This document shows positions 1 to 7,107 of a stretch of DNA of 64,000 nucleotides, in pieces. Where the stretch lies: NCBI GenBank assembly GCA_035637655.1, contig DASPWT010000222.1, forward strand, positions 352 to 64,351. Reading direction: 5' to 3'. The translations under genes and the position numbers were made by a program. The stretch is from Burkholderiales bacterium. GTDB taxonomy: Bacteria; Pseudomonadota; Gammaproteobacteria; Burkholderiales; SG8-39. Every line of letters starts with the position of its first letter. The stretch's first letter is position 1. Under the pieces are notes generated by a model. That model made no database searches. It was not told the origin of the DNA and saw nothing but the letters and a program-made list of their open reading frames with translations.

Positions 1-204
1 GCGAGGCAGGTCGTCGCGCCCGGCACCGTCTGCTTCTGGGTCGAGGGCCGCTCGCTCGCACTGCCCTGGGGACGCACGCCGATATCCGAAGGAAGCGAAT
101 CGCGCCTGGTGACCCGCTGCAACGTCTTGGGCAAGATCGACGGCGACGCGAAGGAGCTCGCTTCGGTGCGCAGCGGCGACACCATGACGATCACCCTGGA
201 GTAG
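1..204 (+). CDS. 3' end of an unidentified CDS, truncated by the window edge
   Basis: Frame 1 is open from the window edge to TAG at 202-204 (...SVRSGDTMTITLE*). Codon usage is GC3-rich like the neighbouring genes. No family can be recognised from 67 residues. Confidence 0.3.
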   Translation, partial: ARQVVAPGTVCFWVEGRSLALPWGRTPISEGSESRLVTRCNVLGKIDGDAKELASVRSGDTMTITLE

Positions 205-206
205 CC

Positions 207-419
207 GTGGAGAGAAAACGCGTCAATTCGAGCAAGATCCGCGCGGTCGGCTACGACCCCAAGTCGCAGATCCTGGAGATCGAGTTCAGCGACGGCAGGG
301 TCAATCAGTACCACGGGGTCTCGCCCGAAGTGTACCGCCAGTTCATGGCCGCGCCCTCGCCGACGAGTTTCTTCGAGGACAAGATCGATGAGAGTTTTCC
401 GTCGAGCCGCATAAGGTAG
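207..419 (+). CDS. KTSC domain-containing protein
   Basis: 70-aa ORF with a GTG start. 'IRAVGYDPKSQILEIEFSDGRVNQYHGVSPEVYRQFMAAPSPTSFF' fits the KTSC (Lys-tRNA synthetase C-terminal, PF13619) pattern as I remember it. Confidence 0.75.
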   Translation: MERKRVNSSKIRAVGYDPKSQILEIEFSDGRVNQYHGVSPEVYRQFMAAPSPTSFFEDKIDESFPSSRIR

Positions 420-440
420 CGCGTATACAGGAAAGCCACC

Positions 441-576
441 GATGTGGGGGATATACAAGGGGCATTGCCCCCTTGTTCGATACCTCCCCTATAATGCGCG
501 TTTTTCGAGCGAAAGCCATCATGGAAGCCGAACGCATCAATCAAATCGCCTCGACGCTCTCCGACCTGAACACGCG
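441..576. repeat. Direct repeat, left copy (prfB promoter, RBS and first 19 codons; attL-like)
   Basis: Aligns by eye with 4072-4208, with about a dozen substitutions or small indels. It contains the same inverted repeat (456-475), TATAAT (490-495) and ATGGAAGCCGAACGCATCAATCA(A/G)ATCGCCTCGACGCTCTCCG(A/G)CCTGAACACGCG. Confidence 0.9.
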
Positions 577-655
577 TTTACCTCATGCTCTACCCAAAGA
601 GCCGCTTGCAGGAAGCACTCAACAGCCACCCGGAACTTGCCGCGAAAGTATTTGA
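521..655 (+). pseudogene. prfB' 5' fragment (19 codons) fused out of frame to island DNA; 44-codon chimeric ORF
   Basis: ATG at 521 encodes [19 protein letters not shown], nearly identical to the true prfB N-terminus at 4153. It then diverges (LPHALPKEPLAG...) and stops at 653-655. Confidence 0.7.
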
Positions 656-824
656 GGCGCTCCAGCGTGTCACGCTTGGCCAGTTCATCTCCGAGGGCCG
701 GGATTACGGCGGAGGCCTGCACAAGGTGGAGCCGAAAGAGCTGGCGCAGATTCCAACCCGCGCCGTGCTAGAGAGCATTGACGGACACGTGCGCATCGAG
801 CGGCAGGAAAAACTGTTCGCATAG
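577..824 (+). pseudogene. C-terminal remnant of an N6-adenine-type DNA methyltransferase (Eco57I/TaqI-like C-terminal region)
   Basis: The reading frame starts abruptly at the repeat boundary. '...LYPKSRLQEALNSHPELAAKVFEALQRVTLGQFISEGRDYGGGLHKVEPKELAQIP' resembles the last ~80 residues of large type II/IIG-like methylases (Y-G-G-G-L-x-K-x-E-P-x-E-L). The SAM-binding and catalytic motifs are absent. Confidence 0.5.
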
Positions 825-835
825 ACGGGCCAAGC

Positions 836-2071
836 ATGGATACTCTCCAACAATCGTTGAACCAAGTAATGGCATCATTGCCAGAGCTTTTTCTCGAAAA
901 CCTGATTTCAAAGAAACTGCGAGATCAGGGAATTACGGCACCGAAAACGCTTTCGGGCAAGATTGCAAAGCACATTTTGAGCGGCAACAGCGAGCCGTTT
1001 GTATACAAGCGAGGCACATATGCAAGGGATGTAACCCTCGACCTAAAAGAAACTGATCTAGATGAAATGACGCATGCGCTTGATCGCTTCTGCAAGACGC
1101 AACTGCCCAAATTACTTCCTGACGTTGCTGGACGAATCTCCAAAACGGTACTCAAAGACCTGAAGTCTCGTTGGGTCCATGAACAGGCTCTGCAGGAGAC
1201 AGAATTGTCAGAGTTTCGCAAGCGGCTGGAGGATAGATGGGGCAAACCGCTTGGTCAGCTGCGAATGCTCATAACAATGACCCGCGAATGGTGTCAGGAG
1301 GCCCATAACCACGTGAATTCTTTGAAAACAAGCAAGAAGAAACAGGTTCGAGAGATTTTGATTCGATTGCTCGTCCGGGCTTGTCAGGTGACAGATGAAA
1401 TCATCTGTCTCCTGGAAAATGGGTTTGCTGATGGCGCGATGGCTCGCTGGATAACGCTTCACGAGATCGGGGTCGTGGCCACTGTCATCTCGCATCACGG
1501 CGAGAGTATTGCTGAACGTTATGTTGCACACCAAGCCGTTGAATCGAAGCGTGCAATGAATAAGTATTTGAGTTGCTGTGCGCCACTTGAGTATAAGCCG
1601 TTATCAGCTCGGGAAGTAAAGAAAATTATCAAGGCATACGACGCAGCTATTGCGAAGTACGGTAAAGACTTTGATGCAGACTATGGATGGGCCACGTTGC
1701 ATCTGAAAAAGAAAAGGGTGACTTTTTCTGATCTTGAAGCGGAAGCCGGACGTGCAGAAATGCGCTCGTACTATCAAATGGGCAACGATAACGTACATGC
1801 TGGGGTAAAAAGCATGTTCGTAAGATTGGGGCTACTCGACGATTATAGTGGACTGCTTGCCGGACGTAGCAACGCTGGCCTGATGGAACCGGGGCAAAAT
1901 GCCGCACATACTCTGACGCAAATTGCAGCTCTTGTGCGCTTACCGGGTAAGTTTGATGACCTCGTGATTGGGCAGATGATCCGGATGCTCAGAGATGAAA
2001 TTCCGCGCTCTTTCTATGATGCGGATAAACGCCTTCGCAGAGATGATAAACGATATAAAGCCCTCAATTGA
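836..2071 (+). CDS. DUF5677-like helical protein (island gene 1)
   Basis: 411-aa ORF whose ATG lies 12 nt after the methylase-remnant stop. Codon usage is AT-richer than the flanks. The core 'RLLVRACQVTDEIICLLENGFADGAMARWITLHEIGVVATVI...AERYVAHQAVE' resembles DUF5677 (PF18928) proteins from memory. No enzymatic motif was recognised. Confidence 0.55.
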   Translation: MDTLQQSLNQVMASLPELFLENLISKKLRDQGITAPKTLSGKIAKHILSGNSEPFVYKRGTYARDVTLDLKETDLDEMTHALDRFCKTQLPKLLPDVAGRISKTVLKDLKSRWVHEQALQETELSEFRKRLEDRWGKPLGQLRMLITMTREWCQEAHNHVNSLKTSKKKQVREILIRLLVRACQVTDEIICLLENGFADGAMARWITLHEIGVVATVISHHGESIAERYVAHQAVESKRAMNKYLSCCAPLEYKPLSAREVKKIIKAYDAAIAKYGKDFDADYGWATLHLKKKRVTFSDLEAEAGRAEMRSYYQMGNDNVHAGVKSMFVRLGLLDDYSGLLAGRSNAGLMEPGQNAAHTLTQIAALVRLPGKFDDLVIGQMIRMLRDEIPRSFYDADKRLRRDDKRYKALN

Positions 2072-2087
2072 ACCGTGAGGCGCGTGT

Positions 2088-4013
2088 GTGACTGCAATCC
2101 TGAACCGCGATGATGCGCCCAGCCATTTGTCTAGCATTTCCGAGTTGGATTTCTCCGCTGATCTCTTCGCTGAGCGCCTGGCTGGTCCTCGGTTTCGGCT
2201 CGGAGCGTGGACGATCACATCGACCCGCGATGAGCGAGGCGTTGAGGATGAAGTCATGCGACAAAGCCTCCTACTCGCTCCCGAGGGCTTTGCATCGTTC
2301 TTCGACAAGCTGGAGTCTGTCGGCAACGCCCTTCATAACCTTGGGAAGCCAGGCGGTTCAGTCCACAATAGGAATGGCGAGAAAGAGTACATTTATTTTC
2401 CATTCCATCAGTTTGAATTTCCGTTCACTTCGGACGTCTGCGAGCCGCTGGTGTTCGTCTGGTCTGACACATCTGGCGTCCGACTCTTTATCAATCCCGA
2501 TCTATGGATGTTCTTTGACCTGGAGGAGAAAACCCCTGGAAGTGGCATCTGGTGGGACCCACGGCGGGGAGCCGACGTTCTACTCCGGCGTGTGATGGAC
2601 GAAGGTCACCTAGAGACTGTTGAAATCCGAACGGACTACCTACTCAAATACCTCCAAGCCCGCCAGATGCCATTGCTTGTCGGTCATTATCGCCATCTCC
2701 ACCTCTTTAATCCTTCGCAGAGCGCGATTGGAGCATTTGTGGCGGGAGACCTGACACTGGGCTCCCCGGACCAGGGTGCCAAGGCGATCTTACAGAACTG
2801 TGGGCTACGACAGGGCCTTACAGGCGGGGCGGAATTTCTGCAACGCCGGTTACATTTGTGGTTTGAAATCAAACCGCCTGCAATCGACGTTGACGACCCC
2901 TGGGCCGACGCGCCGTCTTTTGATCCATACGCATTCACTCTGCCGACGCGCGCGGGTCTTGTTGCCCCCGCGCGTTGGAAGCATCTCCGACGCAGCGACG
3001 AAAAAAAATTTGAAGGCACCACTTGCGATTTCATGGATCGCGTCTTCTTCCGCCAGGAAGTGTTAACGAAATACGAGGGAACTGCTGGTTTCGACGTAAA
3101 GGATGACGGTTCCGTGTCCTGCTGCCATTATTGGGGGCTTGTCCGTAGCACGAGCCGCCTTGGCAACGAGCTGCTTTCTACCGCCATCGGTGATTTCGCC
3201 GAAGGTGCCCCCTTCGAGGAGTGGCCACACTGGAAACAATATGCCGTTGAACCACCGAGCCCGGAGACCGCAAAATCGCTTGCCCAAGAAACGACTATCC
3301 CAGAGACCGTGAATTCCTTGGTGAATGCACTGAATAGACTTAACGCCGCGTTTGCGGAGATGGCCGCTTCGCTCGGTGTGACGATTACGGAACCGCTCTG
3401 GCGTGGTTCCCTCGACAGTCTGGCGGGGCGTCAGCTGAAATGGGTCTATCCTGCTACCGCCGATGACGATGAGTTCATCAAGAGAGCCACGCTCGCTTCA
3501 ACTCTTTTCTTGGATGGTCTGCAGCCCGCATCGTTGCGCAAGCTGCTCAATGCGGTCGGTAAGAAACTCCACGAGACCCTCGAAAAGTCACCCAAGCCTC
3601 TTGGGTCACGCAACCTGCTACAACGAGCAACTCTCATTGCCCTAATGGTCGAGGGCATTCAGCCCAAGAAGGCCAGACTCCCAATGTTAGTGAAACAGGC
3701 AGAAGCAAAAGCCAAGAGCGCTGCAGAGTCTGACCTTCAGAAAGAACTGGAACAATTGCACAAGCGAGTCCGAGATGAGTTTGCTCCATTGGCCTTTCTG
3801 TACGATCTGCGCACCCACGGTGGCTTAGCTCACCCCCCGAACAAAGAGGAGGCTGCCGCTGCAGCGACAAAACTCGGCCTTCCCAGGGAAAACTGGCACC
3901 GTACTGACTATCTCCGCCTTCTGAGGCTTATTACAGAAAGTGTGGACCGAATCAGTGAACATTTTGAGTCTGCTGCAGACGGCCTAGCATCGGCAAACAA
4001 CTCCTACATGTAA
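2088..4013 (+). CDS. Large uncharacterised protein with a C-terminal Abi_C/HEPN-like motif (island gene 2)
   Basis: 641-aa ORF with a GTG start 7 nt after GAGG and 16 nt after the gene 1 stop. No Walker A, HTH or known catalytic signature was seen. 'FLYDLRTHGGLAHPPNKEE' (R575..H582, nt 3810-3833) resembles the ELRNxxGDAHG core of abortive-infection C-terminal (Abi_C) domains. Confidence 0.5.
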   Translation: MTAILNRDDAPSHLSSISELDFSADLFAERLAGPRFRLGAWTITSTRDERGVEDEVMRQSLLLAPEGFASFFDKLESVGNALHNLGKPGGSVHNRNGEKEYIYFPFHQFEFPFTSDVCEPLVFVWSDTSGVRLFINPDLWMFFDLEEKTPGSGIWWDPRRGADVLLRRVMDEGHLETVEIRTDYLLKYLQARQMPLLVGHYRHLHLFNPSQSAIGAFVAGDLTLGSPDQGAKAILQNCGLRQGLTGGAEFLQRRLHLWFEIKPPAIDVDDPWADAPSFDPYAFTLPTRAGLVAPARWKHLRRSDEKKFEGTTCDFMDRVFFRQEVLTKYEGTAGFDVKDDGSVSCCHYWGLVRSTSRLGNELLSTAIGDFAEGAPFEEWPHWKQYAVEPPSPETAKSLAQETTIPETVNSLVNALNRLNAAFAEMAASLGVTITEPLWRGSLDSLAGRQLKWVYPATADDDEFIKRATLASTLFLDGLQPASLRKLLNAVGKKLHETLEKSPKPLGSRNLLQRATLIALMVEGIQPKKARLPMLVKQAEAKAKSAAESDLQKELEQLHKRVRDEFAPLAFLYDLRTHGGLAHPPNKEEAAAAATKLGLPRENWHRTDYLRLLRLITESVDRISEHFESAADGLASANNSYM

Positions 4014-4071
4014 TTGCATTTCATCCGGCAACGCTACGCGCCTCAACGCGCCTGAAGTAGCGCGCACGCAG

Positions 4072-4208
4072 GATGTGTGGGGGATCTACAAGAGGGCATA
4101 GCCCCCTTGTTCGATACCTCCCCTATAATGCGCGTTTCCCAGAGAAGCCATCATGGAAGCCGAACGCATCAATCAGATCGCCTCGACGCTCTCCGGCCTG
4201 AACACGCG
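4072..4208. repeat. Direct repeat, right copy (functional prfB promoter and 5' end; attR-like)
   Basis: Imperfect copy of 441-576. Unlike the left copy, it continues in frame into intact prfB. Confidence 0.9.
4089..4129 (+). promoter_or_regulatory. Putative prfB promoter region (inverted repeat plus perfect -10 TATAAT)
   Basis: TATAAT at 4124-4129 lies 24 nt upstream of the prfB ATG region. It is preceded by the imperfect palindrome caagagggc-ata-gcccccttg (4089-4109). No good -35 hexamer at 17-bp spacing. Confidence 0.4.
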
Positions 4209-5257
4209 GTCGGAAGAGCTGCGGAGGTATCTTTGACTTCGAGGGCAAGCAGGCGCGCCTCGCCGAAGTAGCGAGGGAGCTCGAAAAGCCGGACGTCTGG
4301 TCCGATCCCAAGCGCGCCCAGGAGCTGGGGCGCGAAAAGAAACAGCTCGAGAACACCGTCCGCGTCTTCGCCGGCCTCGATGGCCAGCTGCGCGACGCCC
4401 GGGAGCTGTTCCAGCTCGCGCGCTCCGAGAACGACGATGCGACGCTCGCGGCGATCGAGACCGACGTCGCGCAGGCCGGGAAGACCATCGCGGACCTCGA
4501 ATTCCGGCGCATGTTCTCCAATCCGCTCGACCCCAACAACTGCTTCATGGATATCCAGTCGGGATCGGGGGGCACCGAAGCCCAAGACTGGGCGCAGATG
4601 CTCGAGCGCATGTACGCCAGGTACTGCGACCGCAAGGGCTATCGCATGGAGGTGCTCGAGGAGTCGCCGGGCGAAGTCGCCGGCATCAAGAGCGCTTCGC
4701 TCAAGATCACGGGGAGCTACGCCTACGGGCACCTGCGCACCGAAAGCGGCGTGCATCGCCTGGTGCGCAAGTCGCCGTTCGATTCGAACGCCCGGCGCCA
4801 CACCTCGTTCGCGAGCGTGTTCGTCTATCCCGAGGTCGACGAGGACATCCAGGTCGCGGTGAATCCCGCCGATCTGCGCATCGACACCTACCGCGCTTCC
4901 GGCGCCGGCGGACAGCACGTCAACAAGACCGATTCGGCCGTGCGCATCACCCATTTGCCGAGCGGCATCGTGGTACAGTGCCAAAATGACCGCTCGCAGC
5001 ACCGCAACCGCGCGGAAGCCATGGCGATGCTGAAATCGAAGCTGTACGAGCTGGAGCTGCGCAAGCTCCAGGCCGAGCGCGACAAGCTCGCGTCCGCCAA
5101 GACCGACATCGAGTGGGGACACCAGATCCGCAGTTACGTCCTCGACCAGTCGCGCATCAAGGACCTGCGCACCGGCGTGGAGATCGGCAATACGCAGAGA
5201 GTGCTCGACGGCGATCTCGACGACTTTATCTCCGCTAGCCTGAAGAAGGGCGTATAA
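4153..5257 (+). CDS. prfB: Peptide chain release factor 2 (requires programmed +1 frameshift at 4231-4237)
   Basis: Frame 0 runs from ATG 4153 for 27 codons and ends CTT TGA. The +1 frame from 4235 runs to 5257. It contains the SPF motif (RKSPFDSN) and the GGQ motif ([21 protein letters not shown]). Confidence 0.95.
4221..4237 (+). promoter_or_regulatory. RF2 autoregulatory +1 frameshift site (SD-like GGAGG, then TAT CTT TGA C)
   Basis: The sequence is gcGGAGGtatCTTTGAC. It has the same architecture as the classical prfB site (internal SD, 3-nt spacer, CUU slippery codon, UGA C). Confidence 0.9.
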
Positions 5258-5280
5258 CGCATACACGCTACGAGGGTTCC

Positions 5281-7011
5281 GTGCTCTGTGACATCTATCA
5301 ATCTCGAAAAAGTAGCGCGACAAGTGTTCTGGTACGGGCCGGCACGTCTATAGATTCAATTCTTCCGAAACTCCCACTACAACTCCGCGAGTTGGTTTAC
5401 TGGAAACAGCGAGACATTACACCGGGAGATAACTTGCTCGGCTCTGAACCAGCCGAAGTATTCACTTCCATAGACACACAGGGCTATTACATTCACAAAT
5501 TCCCCATTGAGATCCGCCAACCAGATCAGCTTCCCACAGAGAACCAGTTAATTGAGGATCGGCGCGCCAAGCTCGCCGAGCTGCGAAAGCGCGGCACCGC
5601 GTTTCCGAACGACTTTCGCCGCGAGCATCTCGCCGGCGACCTCCACAGCGCCTGGGACGGGAAATCCAACGAGGAGATCGAGCCCAAGGCCGTCAAGGCG
5701 ACGGTCGCCGGCCGCATGATGCTCAAGCGCGTCATGGGAAAGGCGAGCTTCGCCACGCTCCAGGACATGAGCGGCCGCATCCAGCTCTATGCGACGCGCG
5801 ACGGGGTCGGCGAAGCCGCCTACGAGGCCTTCAAGCACTACGACCTCGGCGACATCCTCGGTGCGAAAGGAACCCTGTTCAAGACCAAGACCGGCGAGCT
5901 TTCGGTGAAAGTGACGGACCTGCGCCTGCTCGTGAAGGCGCTGCGGCCGCTGCCGGAGAAATTCCACGGGCTCGCCGACCAGGAGCAGAAGTACCGCCAG
6001 CGCTACGTGGACCTCATCATGAACGAGGAAACGCGCGGCGTGTTCCAGACGCGCAGCCGCATCGTGCACGTGATCCGGGAATTCATGACAGGCAAGGGTT
6101 TTCTAGAGGTCGAGACGCCGATGATGCAACCGATCCCGGGCGGCGCGAACGCGAAGCCGTTCAAGACGCATCACAACGCGCTCGACATGGAGCTTTTCCT
6201 GCGCGTCGCGCCCGAGCTCTATCTCAAGCGCCTGGTGGTGGGCGGATTCGAAAAGGTGTTCGAGATCAACCGGAACTTCAGGAACGAAGGCATCTCGACG
6301 CGGCACAACCCCGAGTTCACCATGCTCGAGTTCTACGAGGCTTACCGGGATTACTGCTACCTCATGGACTTCACCGAGGAAATGCTGCGTGACCTCGCTC
6401 GGAAGGTGCTCGGCACCTTGCAGCTGAGCTACGGCGAGCACGCGATCGACCTCGCCGGCCCGTTCGAGAGGCTCACACTCCTCCACGCTATTCGAAAGTT
6501 CCACCCCGAGATTACCGCGGCGGATCTCGGGAGCCGCGAAGCCTTGATTGCGGTGTTGAAGAAGCGCGGCGTCGAGCCGCCGGCGAAGGCCGGCGTCGGT
6601 GCGCTGCAGCTCGCGCTTTTCGAAGCGACCACCGAAGCGCGGCTGATCCAGCCCACCTTCATCGTGGACTACCCCGCCGAGGTGTCGCCGCTTGCGCGGC
6701 GCAATGACAGGAATCGCGAGGTCGCCGATCGCTTCGAGCTCTACATCGCCGGGCGCGAGATCGCGAACGGCTTCTCCGAGCTGAACGACCCCGAGGACCA
6801 GGCGGCGCGTTTCGACGAGCAGGCCAGGGCGAAGGCTGCGGGCGACGAGGCGTCCATGTACTACGACGCCGATTACATCCGGGCCCTGGAGTACGGCCTG
6901 CCGCCCACCGCGGGCGAGGGCGTGGGCATAGACCGATTGGTGATGCTTTTGACGAACAGCCCCAGCATTCGCGACGTGCTGCTGTTTCCCCATCTGCGTC
7001 AGGAAACCTGA
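5281..7011 (+). CDS. lysS: Lysine--tRNA ligase (class II) with an N-terminal YcgL-like extension
   Basis: 576-aa ORF with a GTG start 5 nt after GAGGG. Residues ~85-576 are canonical LysRS ('[29 protein letters not shown]', '[29 protein letters not shown]', '[19 protein letters not shown]'). Residues 1-~80 are AT-richer and YcgL-like. Confidence 0.9.
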   Translation: MLCDIYQSRKSSATSVLVRAGTSIDSILPKLPLQLRELVYWKQRDITPGDNLLGSEPAEVFTSIDTQGYYIHKFPIEIRQPDQLPTENQLIEDRRAKLAELRKRGTAFPNDFRREHLAGDLHSAWDGKSNEEIEPKAVKATVAGRMMLKRVMGKASFATLQDMSGRIQLYATRDGVGEAAYEAFKHYDLGDILGAKGTLFKTKTGELSVKVTDLRLLVKALRPLPEKFHGLADQEQKYRQRYVDLIMNEETRGVFQTRSRIVHVIREFMTGKGFLEVETPMMQPIPGGANAKPFKTHHNALDMELFLRVAPELYLKRLVVGGFEKVFEINRNFRNEGISTRHNPEFTMLEFYEAYRDYCYLMDFTEEMLRDLARKVLGTLQLSYGEHAIDLAGPFERLTLLHAIRKFHPEITAADLGSREALIAVLKKRGVEPPAKAGVGALQLALFEATTEARLIQPTFIVDYPAEVSPLARRNDRNREVADRFELYIAGREIANGFSELNDPEDQAARFDEQARAKAAGDEASMYYDADYIRALEYGLPPTAGEGVGIDRLVMLLTNSPSIRDVLLFPHLRQET

Positions 7012-7107
7012 AGCTTCTGCAACGGCCGAAACACTCTGTTACATCAACCGTCTGGCGCCTCGCGCGTTAATGCGGTTAAGCTTGACACCCTGCAACAGGA
7101 GGCTTCC

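Noticed and set aside
2460-2560. A possible PD-(D/E)xK nuclease motif (WSD...FDLEEK) in the N-terminal half of the 641-aa protein.
   Set aside because: The string is short and degenerate, and such patterns occur by chance. Without profile or structural support it should not be annotated as a nuclease.
577-4071. An integrase, transposase or recombinase, or minus-strand genes, inside the islet.
   Set aside because: The only long ORFs are the three plus-strand ones. The minus-strand ORFs (for example 925-1245, 1940-2326, 2687-3034) are short shadows without motifs. No recombinase signatures (R-H-R-Y, DDE, serine recombinase) were seen.
4169-5323. 384-aa antisense ORF across prfB. Similar long shadow ORFs occur at 6103-6993(-), 11553-13109(+), 21704-22741(+), 22748-24040(+), 26568-28307(+), 34531-36366(-), 43747-44667(-), 51661-52818(+) and 54139-55146(+).
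   Set aside because: They lie opposite well-supported conserved genes and have Arg/Ala/Gly/Pro-rich low-complexity translations with no recognisable motifs. Stop-codon-poor antisense frames are expected in DNA this GC-rich.
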